A program made the translations under genes and the position numbers. A stretch of 64,000 nucleotides of DNA from an uncultured Gammaproteobacteria bacterium (GTDB taxonomy: Bacteria; Patescibacteriota; Microgenomatia; Levybacterales; GWA1-39-11): assembly GCA_964409875.1 (NCBI GenBank), contig CAYPEN010000003.1, positions 64,557 through 128,556 of the forward strand, given 5' to 3'. The notes under the pieces were generated by a model. The model searched no databases. It was not told the DNA's origin and worked only from the letters and a program-made list of their open reading frames with translations. Of this stretch, positions 48,618-59,716 are shown in pieces; positions within the stretch are counted from its first letter, which is position 1; each line of letters begins with the position of its first letter.

Positions 48618-50591
48618 ATGTTCGATCTAATTTCAAAATACCAACCGACAGGAGACCAGCCTGCAGCCATCAAAAAATTGTCGAAAGGTTTGGAAAAGGG
48701 AGTAGACAACCAAGTGCTTCTTGGGGTAACCGGAAGTGGCAAAACATATACAATTGCAAACGTTATCAAAAATTACGGGCGTCCTACTCTGGTCATGTCT
48801 CACAATAAAACTCTCGCCGCGCAATTGTATCAGGAACTAAGAGATTTTTTTCCCAATAATGCGGTAAGTTACTTCGTTTCGTATTACGATTACTATCAAC
48901 CTGAAGCATATATCCCAACAACCGATACATACATTGCAAAAGAGACAGAAATAAATGACGAAATAGATAAGCTGAGGCTTGCAGCTACCACGAATCTCTT
49001 AACCCGTCCGGACACAATTGTCGTTGCATCGGTTTCATGTATCTATAACTTAGGATCTCCTCAAGAGTATGGAAAATATACGCTTGAAGTAGCAGTAGGA
49101 GAAAAGGTAAGCAGAAATTCCATCATAGATAGGCTTTTGGATTTGATGTATCAGAGGAATGACTACAATTTTAAGAGAAGTACCTTTCGGGTAAGGGGAG
49201 ATGTGGTGGAGGTTTTTCCCGGATACGAAGACAAATCGTTTCGCATAACATTTAATGGTGATTTTATCGAAAAGATAGAGCAGGTGGATCCGCTTACGGG
49301 GGATATTATTGAGAGCCGTAGGTTTGCTGTTGTGTACCCCGCAAAGCACTATATGACCGACGCAGCTACCTATGAACAAGTTTTTGACCAAATCCGAAAA
49401 GATATGCAACAGCAAGTCAAAAAATTCGAGAAAGAAGGAAAGCTTGTTGAGGCGCAAAGGATACGGCAGCGGACCGAATATGACCTTAAAATGATCAAAG
49501 AATTAGGGTATGTGAATGGCATTGAGAATTATTCCCGATATTTTGACGGACGCGCTCCTGGCGACCCCCCTTATTCGCTTTTGGAGTTTTTCAATCATGT
49601 CTCAAAAGACTGGCTCCTTGTTCTTGATGAATCGCATATGACTATTCCGCAAATACGGGGAATGTATAACGGGGATAGGGCACGAAAAGAGACACTTATC
49701 GATTACGGGTTCCGTCTTCCGGCAGCGTATGACAATAGGCCTTTGAAGGCCGACGAATTTTGGCAAAAGGTAAAGAAGACCATTTACATGTCGGCAACGC
49801 CCGATGAATACGAGCTTGATAAATCAGGGAAAGAAAATATTGCAGAACAATTGATAAGACCAACTGGAGTTGTCGATCCCGAAATTGAAATTAGACCAAC
49901 TGACGGTCAAATTCCCGATCTAATGCAAGAAATTGAAAAAGTAGTGAAAAAAGGAGAACGGGTTTTGGTGACGACCCTCACGAAAAGAATGTCTGAGGAT
50001 TTGACAACCTTTTTGGAAGAAAAAGGGATAAAAGTAAATTATCTCCATTCTGATGTCGATACGTTATCTCGCCAGGATGTATTGGACGATCTACGCAGCG
50101 GCGTCTATGACGTTTTGGTCGGCATCAACTTGTTGCGTGAGGGATTAGATTTGCCCGAAGTAGGGCTTGTTGCGATACTGGATGCTGATAAAGAAGGGTT
50201 TTTGCGTTCACGAAGCTCCTTAATCCAAATTATGGGAAGAGGTGCTCGGAGGGTTGATTCTCATGTAATACTGTATGCCGATGTACATACAAAATCTATT
50301 GAAGCCGCAGTGGCTGAGGTTGAGAGACGGCGCGAGTATCAGCTGAACTACAACAAAGAGCATGGAATTACCCCTCAAACTATTGAAAAAGAAATCAGGG
50401 CAAAACTGATTGAGCGGGAGAAAGTGTTGGAAGACCTTAAGCCGCTCATCGAAAAAGATGTTCTGCTGCCCGATGAGCGGGAAAAAGTGATAAAGACATT
50501 AAGAAAAGAGATGCAGCTTGCCGCAAAAGACTTGGATTTTGAAACCGCAGCTCAACTCCGCGACAAAATACGTTTTTTACAGCAACAATAG
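48618..50591 (+). CDS. uvrB: Excinuclease ABC subunit B
   Basis: Helicase motifs (GVTGSGKT), the beta-hairpin region and a C-terminal UVR domain. Start at MFDLISKY. Confidence 0.95.
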   Translation: MFDLISKYQPTGDQPAAIKKLSKGLEKGVDNQVLLGVTGSGKTYTIANVIKNYGRPTLVMSHNKTLAAQLYQELRDFFPNNAVSYFVSYYDYYQPEAYIPTTDTYIAKETEINDEIDKLRLAATTNLLTRPDTIVVASVSCIYNLGSPQEYGKYTLEVAVGEKVSRNSIIDRLLDLMYQRNDYNFKRSTFRVRGDVVEVFPGYEDKSFRITFNGDFIEKIEQVDPLTGDIIESRRFAVVYPAKHYMTDAATYEQVFDQIRKDMQQQVKKFEKEGKLVEAQRIRQRTEYDLKMIKELGYVNGIENYSRYFDGRAPGDPPYSLLEFFNHVSKDWLLVLDESHMTIPQIRGMYNGDRARKETLIDYGFRLPAAYDNRPLKADEFWQKVKKTIYMSATPDEYELDKSGKENIAEQLIRPTGVVDPEIEIRPTDGQIPDLMQEIEKVVKKGERVLVTTLTKRMSEDLTTFLEEKGIKVNYLHSDVDTLSRQDVLDDLRSGVYDVLVGINLLREGLDLPEVGLVAILDADKEGFLRSRSSLIQIMGRGARRVDSHVILYADVHTKSIEAAVAEVERRREYQLNYNKEHGITPQTIEKEIRAKLIEREKVLEDLKPLIEKDVLLPDEREKVIKTLRKEMQLAAKDLDFETAAQLRDKIRFLQQQ

Positions 50592-50605
50592 ATATCGAAT
50601 CTTCC

Positions 50606-51598
50606 ATGATCACATCATGGTTAAATACGGTATGTACAGCAACAATAATTTGTTATAGTGGTGTTGTGTACGATCCAACAAAACCTTCCACTTCCTCCGT
50701 CTTATCGCTTATCCGCTCAACATGGCAAACCCAGTATCTTAGGGTTACCCCCGGTGTTTACGCTGTTTTTGAACGAAAATTTAATTTTCCAGAAGTAGAT
50801 CATACTGATGGAATAGGGACAAAAGCAATATATCATTGGAAGAAAAAGACGTTCAAAAATGCAGTTCTTGACTCGCTAGCAATGAATTTGAATGATTTAC
50901 TCCTTGTAGGAGCAAAGGCATATAAATTGCAAAATCATTTGGTTCTGCCGAAGGATGACTCTTTGATCATCAAAAAGATTATGAAAACACTTGTTGCTGA
51001 ATGTAAAAAGAGAGAAATTGCGATTACTGGTGGTGAAACTTCAGTACATAGCAACGAGGAAAGCTTTGACATTGGGATAACTGTATCCGGTTTTATTAGA
51101 AAAATAATTACCAATAAAGCAAAAGCAGAGGATATTGTCGTTGGTCTTAAAAGCAATGGCCTCCATTCAAATGGATTTACCCAGGTGAGAAAATTATTTG
51201 GTGAAAAATACCGCAAAGAATTTATTTATCCCACAAAACTATATTATGATGATTTGTGTGATTTGCTGGAAGAATTTTCTATTAATGGCAGGATGCATAT
51301 AACCGGAGGTGCCTTTACTAAATTAAAGACAATTATTGGAGAAAATGAGGAGATTGTAATCGAGTCCCCCATCAAACCACAAAAAATCTTTTTTGAGATG
51401 TATGAGAAGGGATTGTCCAACAGAGAAATGTACACGACTTTTAATTGCGGGACAGGATTTATTTTGACTATGCCCGAAAAAGATGTAACGCGATTTCTTA
51501 AAAAAGTCTCTTATGCGAGAATAATAGGATTTATTCAGAGGGGGAGAGGATCAATAAAAATCAAATCATCTTTTAATAAAAACACTGTCTCTCTCTAA
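50606..51598 (+). CDS. PurM-superfamily (AIR synthase-related) protein
   Basis: HTDGIGTK and ITGGETS motifs are characteristic of the PurM/ThiL/HypE/SelD superfamily. No other purine-biosynthesis gene is present in the window. Confidence 0.6.
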   Translation: MITSWLNTVCTATIICYSGVVYDPTKPSTSSVLSLIRSTWQTQYLRVTPGVYAVFERKFNFPEVDHTDGIGTKAIYHWKKKTFKNAVLDSLAMNLNDLLLVGAKAYKLQNHLVLPKDDSLIIKKIMKTLVAECKKREIAITGGETSVHSNEESFDIGITVSGFIRKIITNKAKAEDIVVGLKSNGLHSNGFTQVRKLFGEKYRKEFIYPTKLYYDDLCDLLEEFSINGRMHITGGAFTKLKTIIGENEEIVIESPIKPQKIFFEMYEKGLSNREMYTTFNCGTGFILTMPEKDVTRFLKKVSYARIIGFIQRGRGSIKIKSSFNKNTVSL

Positions 51599-51603
51599 TT
51601 CGC

Positions 51604-51656
51604 TTGAACTTTGTCCCCATTTGGGTGTACAATGGATAACTTTCTTTCCCAAATGG
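51604..51656 (+). promoter_or_regulatory. Candidate uvrA promoter (TTGAAC-18-TACAAT) embedded in a 9-bp inverted repeat CCATTTGGG...CCCAAATGG
   Basis: Hexamers plus an inverted repeat flanking the -10. Possible operator. Confidence 0.4.
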
Positions 51657-51734
51657 CGGAATTTGAAGCTAAAAAATGGCAGACACACACATCATTATAT
51701 TTCGTTTACTCATATAACAATTTCATAAAAAATT

Positions 51735-54614
51735 ATGGACAAAAAAATTATTATCAAAGGAGCCCGTGAACACAATCTAAAAGGAATAGATGTCGATATC
51801 CCGAAAGACAAATTAGTCGTTTTTACCGGACTTTCCGGAAGCGGTAAGTCATCTTTAGCCTTCGATACTATTTATGCCGAGGGACAGAGGCGTTATGTGG
51901 AGAGTCTGTCATCATATGCGCGGCAGTTTTTGGGTATCATGAAAAAGCCCAATGTAGATTTTATCGAGGGGCTTTCTCCTGCAATCTCAATTGACCAAAA
52001 GACAACATCCCACAATCCCCGTTCAACCGTCGGAACGGTCACAGAAATTTACGATTATCTTCGGCTTCTATTTGCACGAGTCGGGCATCCCCATTGTCCA
52101 AAGTGTGGGAGAGAAATAACGCGTACGACAAAGGAAAAAATAGTTGAGGAGATAGTCAATAAATTTGTTGGTGTGCATCCGACGAAAGTCATGATACTAT
52201 CTCCTATTGTCAGTGGTAGAAAAGGGGAATACATCGACCTATTTAAAGACCTACGGAAAAGATCTTTTCAGCAGGTAAGAATTGACGGGAAAATTATAAG
52301 CCTTAACGCCGATATTTCACTAATCAAAACCAACAAGCACACCATCGAGGCGATAGTCGATAAACTAATTTTGGATAAAAATTACGAAAGACAACGGGTT
52401 TTGGACTCTGTCGAGCAGGCCTTGTCTTTGGGAAGCGGGGAAATAATTATCTCCGAGGTAAAGGATAAAAGTTTTACATTCCCCGAAACGCCAACTGAAA
52501 TGGAGGACACATTTTATTCTGAGAAGTTTGCATGCCCTTATGATGGAACACCTATGCCAAAAATTGAGCCCAGACTTTTTTCGTTTAATTCTCCTTTTGG
52601 TGCGTGCCCTGAGTGTAATGGGCTTGGAAATATTATGACTGTTGATGAGGAATTGGTTCTCAATCCCCATCTGACAATTTCTGAGGGAGGAATTTTAGCA
52701 TTTGCCAATTTGTATGACCGAGAGACCTGGCTTACAAGAACTTTAAAAACGGCTTTTGAAGAAAATGATATCCCGATGACGGAGCTTATTATGACTCTTA
52801 CGCCTGAGCAAAAAAAGATTGTGTTGTACGGAACTGGGGATAGGGTTTATAAAGTAAAAGGCAGAAATCGCTTTGGAGAGCACACCTCAATTTACGAGAC
52901 GTATCCTGGAGTTGTCGGATATTTACAGGCTCGTTTCCTCGAGACCGATTCCGAGCTTATAAAAAAGGAAATCCAAAAATTTATGACCGCAAAAGTGTGT
53001 GACACATGTCTTGGTGCAAGGCTCAAACCTGAAGCATTGGCGGTAACAATTGACGGCAAATCAATTGTTGAAGTTTCGGATTTGTCCATTGAAGATTGTT
53101 ATGAATTTATGAAAGGGTTGAATGTAAAACTCGAGGGCAGGGAAATTCAGATTGCAACAATAATTTTAAAAGAAATTAATGCCCGCCTGAAATTCCTTTT
53201 TGATGTGGGGCTTTCATACCTTACGCTTTCGAGGTCTGCTGAATCATTGGCAGGAGGAGAGGCGCAAAGAATACGGCTTGCATCCCAAATTGGGAGCGGA
53301 CTTTCAGGGGTTCTGTATGTTCTTGACGAACCCTCCATTGGACTTCACCCTAGGGATAACACAAAGCTTATCGGAACACTTAAACACCTTCGTGATATCG
53401 GAAATTCGGTAGTGGTTGTTGAGCACGACAAAGAGATGATGATGGAATCGGATTATATTTTTGATTTTGGACCGGGAGCGGGTGAACACGGTGGTAACAT
53501 TATCGCTCAAGGAACTCCTCAGCAAATAGAAAATGATGAAAATTCTATTACTGGAAAATACCTATCAGGAAAAGCAAAAATAAAGATTAAGAAAGAGAGT
53601 CTTATTGAACCTGAGAGCCAGCGGTTCATTAGCCTTAAGGGCGTTACAGAACATAATTTACAAAATATTACCGTTGATTTTCCGCTCGGCAAGTTCATTT
53701 GCATAACGGGAGTATCAGGGAGTGGTAAATCAACACTAATAAATGACGTTTTTTACCATGCGGTGGCTCATTACAAAAATCCCTTCCATAAAGAAAAACC
53801 CGGAAAATTTACCGAAATATCTGGATACGATGAAGTAAAGAGGATTTTTATGATTGACCAGTCTCCAATTGGCAGGACTCCCCGTTCAAATCCGGCCACA
53901 TATACCGGTGCTTTTACTTATATACGGGATATTTTTGCAAATTCACGGGATGCCCGGATGAGAGGGTATGGTCCAGGCAGGTTCTCATTCAATGTTAAAG
54001 GTGGAAGATGTGAAACGTGTGAAGGAGAGGGACAAATAAAAATTGAAATGCAATTTCTACCCGATGTATATGTAAAATGCGAAACCTGCAATGGTACCAG
54101 ATATACGCAGGATACTCTTGAAATCCAATTTGATGGTAAGAACATTTCTGAAGTTTTAAATATGTCTGTTGAGGAGGCAATTCCTTTCTTCTCATTTCAC
54201 GAACCGCTTTCTTCGCGCCTTACAACTCTGAAAGAAGTGGGTTTGTCATATATTCGTCTTGGACAACCGGCTACTACTCTTTCAGGGGGTGAAGCGCAAA
54301 GGATAAAACTCGCCTCAGAACTTTCGAAAAAAGGAGGAGGAGGGTCTTTGTATGTGCTCGATGAGCCGACTACGGGACTTCACTTTGCTGACCTTGAGAA
54401 GCTTATCCAGGTTTTAAGACGTTTGGTTGATAAAGGAAATACGGTTATTGTAATCGAACACAACCTCGATCTTATTAAAAACGCCGATTATATAATCGAC
54501 CTTGGACCCGAAGGGGGACACTTGGGAGGAAAAATTGTTGCAACCGGAACTCCGAAAGAAATAGCTAAAGCACCTTATTCTTATACCGGACAGTATCTCA
54601 AAAAGGAGCTGTAA
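51735..54614 (+). CDS. uvrA: Excinuclease ABC subunit A
   Basis: Two ABC ATPase modules with zinc-finger inserts; 959 aa. Confidence 0.95.
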   Translation: MDKKIIIKGAREHNLKGIDVDIPKDKLVVFTGLSGSGKSSLAFDTIYAEGQRRYVESLSSYARQFLGIMKKPNVDFIEGLSPAISIDQKTTSHNPRSTVGTVTEIYDYLRLLFARVGHPHCPKCGREITRTTKEKIVEEIVNKFVGVHPTKVMILSPIVSGRKGEYIDLFKDLRKRSFQQVRIDGKIISLNADISLIKTNKHTIEAIVDKLILDKNYERQRVLDSVEQALSLGSGEIIISEVKDKSFTFPETPTEMEDTFYSEKFACPYDGTPMPKIEPRLFSFNSPFGACPECNGLGNIMTVDEELVLNPHLTISEGGILAFANLYDRETWLTRTLKTAFEENDIPMTELIMTLTPEQKKIVLYGTGDRVYKVKGRNRFGEHTSIYETYPGVVGYLQARFLETDSELIKKEIQKFMTAKVCDTCLGARLKPEALAVTIDGKSIVEVSDLSIEDCYEFMKGLNVKLEGREIQIATIILKEINARLKFLFDVGLSYLTLSRSAESLAGGEAQRIRLASQIGSGLSGVLYVLDEPSIGLHPRDNTKLIGTLKHLRDIGNSVVVVEHDKEMMMESDYIFDFGPGAGEHGGNIIAQGTPQQIENDENSITGKYLSGKAKIKIKKESLIEPESQRFISLKGVTEHNLQNITVDFPLGKFICITGVSGSGKSTLINDVFYHAVAHYKNPFHKEKPGKFTEISGYDEVKRIFMIDQSPIGRTPRSNPATYTGAFTYIRDIFANSRDARMRGYGPGRFSFNVKGGRCETCEGEGQIKIEMQFLPDVYVKCETCNGTRYTQDTLEIQFDGKNISEVLNMSVEEAIPFFSFHEPLSSRLTTLKEVGLSYIRLGQPATTLSGGEAQRIKLASELSKKGGGGSLYVLDEPTTGLHFADLEKLIQVLRRLVDKGNTVIVIEHNLDLIKNADYIIDLGPEGGHLGGKIVATGTPKEIAKAPYSYTGQYLKKEL

Positions 54615-56452
54615 TGAAAAAGATACTGTTTTCCGTATTACCACTACTGTTACTATTTTTCCCACAGTATGTATATGCGAAAGACAACAATTTCGATATT
54701 TCGGTTGAGTCAAAATACACAGTGCATGATACCGGGATAACAACCGTATCCCAAACAATACACATCAAAAACAAAACCGAATTTTATTACACCCCAACGT
54801 ACACAGTTTCTATAGGGTTTTCAGATATCGAAAATATCGAAGCTTCCAACTCTGACGGTGGTATCCCCACAACAATTGATGACAAAAACCCCACAAATAA
54901 AAGTATCAAACTTACGTTCCCCAAGCGGTACGCAGGACTCTCAACTGTTAATACATTCACGTTAAAATTTGATACTAAGGATATAGCCAAAAAACAAGGG
55001 AACATTTGGGAAGTAACCATACCCGGTATTGCTGAGCCCGCTGATTTTGATAGTTATAGTACGACAATTGTTACTCCTGCCTCATTTGGAGAGGCAAGTG
55101 TCATAAAACCTGCCATCGAAAATAATAGCGCGTCAAATATCAAACTCACAAAGGAGGAAGTTGGAAGAGCGGGGGTTTATATTCTGTATGGACAAAAACA
55201 GTACTATGCATTTACCGTAAAGTATAATATCTCCAATCCAAACCTTTTTCCCGTAAAAACAGAGATTGCCCTGCCACGACAAACGAATTATCAGAACGTA
55301 CTCATAAATGAATTTTCATCAGAACCTTATGACGTAATAAAAGATAGAGACGGGAATTGGCTCGCGTCGTATAGGCTTTCCCCACAGCAGAAAAAAACAG
55401 TTGTAGTCAAAGGAGTTATTGAGCTTTTTGCAAGCCCACAAAGAGAAGAACTCTCCGCCTCTCAGGTGAGGGACTATACCCAGCCAAGGAAATATTGGGA
55501 TGCAACCACGCCTGCTATAAATAAGGCCGCGCAGGGCATGTCTACCCCTAAAGACATATATAACTACGTGCAAAAAACGCTGTCCTATAATTACACTAAA
55601 ATCGCGACTGATAACATACGGCTTGGTGGAAAAGGCGCTCTGGCAACACCAAACAATAGTGTTTGTCTTGAGTTTACAGATCTTTTTATATCTCTTGCGA
55701 GGGCAAAGGGAATACCTGCCCGTTCGGTCGAAGGGTATGCATATACTCAAAACACGAAGCTTCGCCCACGCTCACTTGCAAATGATATTTTGCATGCATG
55801 GCCCGAATACTACTCCCAAAGCCAAAAGCGGTGGGTAATGGTAGACCCGACATGGGGAAATACGACGAAGGGGATGGATTATTATGAGAATTTGGATTTT
55901 TCGCATATTGCATTTGTAATTAAAGGACTTGATAGCGAATATCCTATTCCTGCAGGAGGGTATAAATTTGATACGACATCAAAGGATGTTGAAGTTTCAT
56001 TTGCTAAGGCTTCACAATTTGTTGCCAACCAAAAACTGAAGATAGCCGATACATTTCCCGATTTTTCATTTCCCAAAATGACTATCCAAGGCAGTTTTGA
56101 GATACAAAATACAGGGAATGCCCCATTTGAAAATGCTGTTGTGAATGTTGTAACTAACAGAAAAACAACAAGGCAATTCCTCATAGATTATATTCCGCCC
56201 GGAGGAATAAAGCGCATTACTACCTCTTTTTCAGATGTTCCATTTTTGACAAACGGGAATGAGGTCATTACAATGCAGATTGGGAATGAGAAATACGTGA
56301 AGACTATCAAGATTTCGTTTGTTCCCGATATCACACAATTATTATTCATAGGAGGAATTTTAGGTGGAGCAAGCATTGTTGCAGCAATTACCTTCCGCAC
56401 CGGGAGTGTACTTGTTCAAAGACGAAAAGGGAAAAATTCTATACGTAGGTAA
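54614..56452 (+). CDS. Secreted transglutaminase-like cysteine protease domain protein with C-terminal TM anchor
   Basis: Signal peptide. Catalytic Cys-His-Asp core (VCLEFTDLF...HAWPEYY...VDPTWG). C-terminal TM helix. Confidence 0.8.
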   Translation: MKKILFSVLPLLLLFFPQYVYAKDNNFDISVESKYTVHDTGITTVSQTIHIKNKTEFYYTPTYTVSIGFSDIENIEASNSDGGIPTTIDDKNPTNKSIKLTFPKRYAGLSTVNTFTLKFDTKDIAKKQGNIWEVTIPGIAEPADFDSYSTTIVTPASFGEASVIKPAIENNSASNIKLTKEEVGRAGVYILYGQKQYYAFTVKYNISNPNLFPVKTEIALPRQTNYQNVLINEFSSEPYDVIKDRDGNWLASYRLSPQQKKTVVVKGVIELFASPQREELSASQVRDYTQPRKYWDATTPAINKAAQGMSTPKDIYNYVQKTLSYNYTKIATDNIRLGGKGALATPNNSVCLEFTDLFISLARAKGIPARSVEGYAYTQNTKLRPRSLANDILHAWPEYYSQSQKRWVMVDPTWGNTTKGMDYYENLDFSHIAFVIKGLDSEYPIPAGGYKFDTTSKDVEVSFAKASQFVANQKLKIADTFPDFSFPKMTIQGSFEIQNTGNAPFENAVVNVVTNRKTTRQFLIDYIPPGGIKRITTSFSDVPFLTNGNEVITMQIGNEKYVKTIKISFVPDITQLLFIGGILGGASIVAAITFRTGSVLVQRRKGKNSIRR

Positions 56453-57650
56453 AGCTAAGGACCTAAAAAAGCGCGTATCTTCGTATTTTTCAAATAAGGC
56501 ACTTGATGCAAAGACATTAAAATTGGTATCTCTTGCTGCAGATATTGAGACAATTCAGGTTTCCTCGGAAATTGAAGCATTTCTTCTAGAATCGACACTT
56601 ATCAAAAAGCATAAGCCTTTTTACAATATCAAACTCATTGATGATAAGTCGTATCCTATGATTGAAATAACTACGAACGAAAACCCATCGGTTACTATTA
56701 CCCGGAAAAAAACAGACAAAAAAGCACACTATTACGGTCCCTATTCCGATGCAACAGCCCTTAAAACAGTTCTAAAGCTTATTAGGCGAATCTTTCCTTA
56801 CCAGTCGGTGAAAAATCATCCAAAAAGAAAATGTTTGTATTTCCATCTGGGACTTTGCCCTTGTTTGCCGGTAAATCCTGAAAAAAGGGAGGAATACAAA
56901 AATAACTTAAGGAATATAGGGAGATTTTTAGACGGAAAAAAAGATATGGTAATTAAATTATTGAGCAAAGAACGGGATAATTTTGCACAAGAAGAGGAGT
57001 TTGAGAGGGCCGCTTTGGTGCAACAGAGAATCGAGCGGATAACACTCATAACGAGTCCTACATACGACCCATTCCATTATATGGATAAGCCGGATTTTTA
57101 TTTTGAACGCATAGAAAGAGAAGTGCAGTCATTGAAAGAAATTCTTGCAGACTATTATGCTGATTTGGGAAATCTTGAGAGAATTGAATGCTATGATATT
57201 TCAAATTTTTCAGGCAAGCAAGCGACGGGGTCGATGGTTGTATTCCTAAACGGAGAAAAGGCAGCCAAAGAATACAGAAGATTTAAAATAAGGACTAAGG
57301 ATACACCTGACGACTTCCATATGATGCGGGAAATGCTCATGAGGCGCCTCAATAATGATGGGTGGCCCATTCCGCAACTGTTAGTTATTGATGGTGGAAA
57401 GGGACAAGTGGGAGCGGCGTTAAAGGCGTTGGCTAATATGGGAAAAAGAATCCCTGTTATTGGACTTGCAAAAAGAGAAGAAATAATCGTTGTCCCCTTA
57501 AAAAAACCTGGAGGAATTGAATTTGCAGAAGTAAAACTTCCTCATTCAACACCCGGCATTAACCTTCTGAGAAGAGTGCGTGACGAAGCGCACCGTTTTG
57601 CAGTTACATATCACAGGCTGCTTCGGAAAAAAGCCATGCTTCCCTCCTGA
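56364..57650 (+). CDS. uvrC: Excinuclease ABC subunit C, compact form lacking the C-terminal HhH domain
   Basis: N-terminal GIY-YIG (PGVYLFKDEKGKILYVGKAKDLKKR), a UVR motif (EEFERAALVQQRIERI) and an RNase H-like IDGGKGQ motif. 428 aa. Overlaps the previous gene by 89 nt. Confidence 0.8.
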   Translation: MEQALLQQLPSAPGVYLFKDEKGKILYVGKAKDLKKRVSSYFSNKALDAKTLKLVSLAADIETIQVSSEIEAFLLESTLIKKHKPFYNIKLIDDKSYPMIEITTNENPSVTITRKKTDKKAHYYGPYSDATALKTVLKLIRRIFPYQSVKNHPKRKCLYFHLGLCPCLPVNPEKREEYKNNLRNIGRFLDGKKDMVIKLLSKERDNFAQEEEFERAALVQQRIERITLITSPTYDPFHYMDKPDFYFERIEREVQSLKEILADYYADLGNLERIECYDISNFSGKQATGSMVVFLNGEKAAKEYRRFKIRTKDTPDDFHMMREMLMRRLNNDGWPIPQLLVIDGGKGQVGAALKALANMGKRIPVIGLAKREEIIVVPLKKPGGIEFAEVKLPHSTPGINLLRRVRDEAHRFAVTYHRLLRKKAMLPS

Positions 57651-57693
57651 TTGTGATATTCTATAGTAGGTCCACTGTGTAATCGGAATAATT

Positions 57694-58101
57694 ATGAAAA
57701 CAATACTGCGCAACGTCCTTTTGTATGCGTTTGCCCTTTATTTGACGCAAATGATATTTAAGGGCCTTGTCCTGCATGGGGGAATTAAAACACTAATTAT
57801 TGGTGGAATTCTTCTTGCGATAGGGTTTAAAGTGATAAAGCCAATTCTCTCCATAATCTCGCTCCCTTTCAACTTACTAAGCCTTGGCCTTTTCAGTGTT
57901 TTTATTACGGCCTTTATTCTTTTTTTGATAACTCTTATTTATCCGGCCATCGATGTGCGGCCGTTCACTTTCTATGGCATTTCTTTTTGGGGTATAGAGA
58001 TACACAAATTTTATGTTTCGCTCCTTTTGTCATATGTGCTTATTTCTGTTACAATATACCTCATCACGAAGCTCATATCTTGGTTGTTCAATATGAAGTG
58101 A
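57694..58101 (+). CDS. Four-TM membrane protein (phage holin 4_2 / YvlD-like family)
   Basis: 135 aa with 4 TM helices; pattern resembles PF04020. Confidence 0.5.
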   Translation: MKTILRNVLLYAFALYLTQMIFKGLVLHGGIKTLIIGGILLAIGFKVIKPILSIISLPFNLLSLGLFSVFITAFILFLITLIYPAIDVRPFTFYGISFWGIEIHKFYVSLLLSYVLISVTIYLITKLISWLFNMK

Positions 58102-58150
58102 CTAAGATGTATTGGCGATAACGAAATAGTAACTGTCTTTTTGAGAAATA

Positions 58151-58366
58151 ATGAATATATTAGCGATTATCCAAGTCATTCTTTCGCTTCTTCTTATTGT
58201 AACAATTATTTTGCAACAGCGTGGAAGTGAAGCGGGAATTGCTTTTGGAGGAGGCGGAGAAAGCTTTAGAAGCAAAAGAGGGTTGGAGAGATTTCTTTTT
58301 TATGCGACAATTGTACTTGCAGTTCTCTTTGCTGCCAACTCCATCCTAACACTCGTATTGCAATAG
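58151..58366 (+). CDS. secG: Preprotein translocase subunit SecG
   Basis: 71 aa, two TM helices and a Gly-rich loop (GIAFGGGGESF). Confidence 0.8.
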   Translation: MNILAIIQVILSLLLIVTIILQQRGSEAGIAFGGGGESFRSKRGLERFLFYATIVLAVLFAANSILTLVLQ

Positions 58367-58370
58367 ATTT

Positions 58371-59714
58371 ATGGCGACTCTCAAAAGGCGATATTACGCT
58401 TGGCTCATAAAAGCGTACTTCAAGAAGATGCGCCGGACCATCATTAGTTCGCTCATTTTGGGTATACTAATTTTTTTCGCCCTTATTGGGCTCATCAATT
58501 ACTATTTCCGACCTCTCATATTTAAGACAACAGAAAATGTTGGGTATACGGGGACGTACACCATACAGACCATGCCCAAGGAAATACTCAACCAGATAAG
58601 CTATGGTTTAACAAAAGTGAATTCGGGCGGACAAGTTGTTCCGGGTGCCTCAACTTCCTGGTCAATTTCCGATAACAAAATATATACTTTTAAAATAAAG
58701 CAAGGCATTAAATTTCATAACGGCGAAGAATTGACAAGTAAAAATGTGAATTACAATTTTGAGGATGTAAATACGAAAGTGATCGATAAATATACTATAC
58801 AATTTGCATTAAAAAATCCTTATTCACCTTTTCTAACAACAGTTGCTAGACCAATTTTCGGGAAGAAATTATCGGGAATCGGAAAGTATAAAGTTGAAAA
58901 TATCGACCTTAACGGTGGGTTCGTACGAAGCATTACACTTGCTGATACTGCCTTGAATAATAGGAAGAGAAAAATATATTTTTATCCAACGCAGCGTGCT
59001 TTAAAAGTTGCATTTCTTCTTGGAGAAGTGAGTAAAATTTATGGTGCATCCTCAACGAAAATTGACGACACAGATCTTGCGAAATGGTCAAAGGTTAAGT
59101 CTCAAGGGTATATTAATTATTCATCTCTTATATCTATATTTTACAATAGCAATGATTCTGTTCTGAATAACAAAAAAATACGCCAGGCACTCAACTACGC
59201 ACTTCCGGCCAGTGTAGATATGGGGGAAAGAGCATTCGGTCCCATACCTCCCAATTCTTTGTATTTCAGCCAACCCCCTTCGTATAAGATTTCAGACATA
59301 GAGCTTTCGAAAACGCTCCTTTCATCCATTAAAGAACCCCTCAATGAAACACTGACTATTTCGACAACCGATGAATACCAGAGAGTTGCCCAGGAAATTC
59401 AAAAAGCATGGGAGCAATTGGGAGTAAAGACTAAAATAAAGCTGGTGCAAGATATCCCTACCGACTTTCAAATTTTTATCTATAAAATTAAAATTCCCGA
59501 AGATCCGGACCAGTATGTTTTATGGCACTCGGACCAAGCAAATAACATTACCCATTATAAAAATCTTCGAATCGATAAATTGCTTGAAGACGGGCGGTCA
59601 ATAACTGATATCGAAAAAAGGAAAAAAATATATGCAGATTTTCAGAAATACCTTACGGACGACGTACCTGCATCTTTTTACTATTTTCCCCGTGAATATA
59701 ATCTTACAAAATAA
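58371..59714 (+). CDS. Membrane-anchored family-5 solute-binding protein-like (no cognate permease nearby)
   Basis: N-terminal TM anchor plus SBP_bac_5-like region (GIKFHNGEELTSKNV). Confidence 0.6.
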   Translation: MATLKRRYYAWLIKAYFKKMRRTIISSLILGILIFFALIGLINYYFRPLIFKTTENVGYTGTYTIQTMPKEILNQISYGLTKVNSGGQVVPGASTSWSISDNKIYTFKIKQGIKFHNGEELTSKNVNYNFEDVNTKVIDKYTIQFALKNPYSPFLTTVARPIFGKKLSGIGKYKVENIDLNGGFVRSITLADTALNNRKRKIYFYPTQRALKVAFLLGEVSKIYGASSTKIDDTDLAKWSKVKSQGYINYSSLISIFYNSNDSVLNNKKIRQALNYALPASVDMGERAFGPIPPNSLYFSQPPSYKISDIELSKTLLSSIKEPLNETLTISTTDEYQRVAQEIQKAWEQLGVKTKIKLVQDIPTDFQIFIYKIKIPEDPDQYVLWHSDQANNITHYKNLRIDKLLEDGRSITDIEKRKKIYADFQKYLTDDVPASFYYFPREYNLTK

Positions 59715-59716
59715 AT

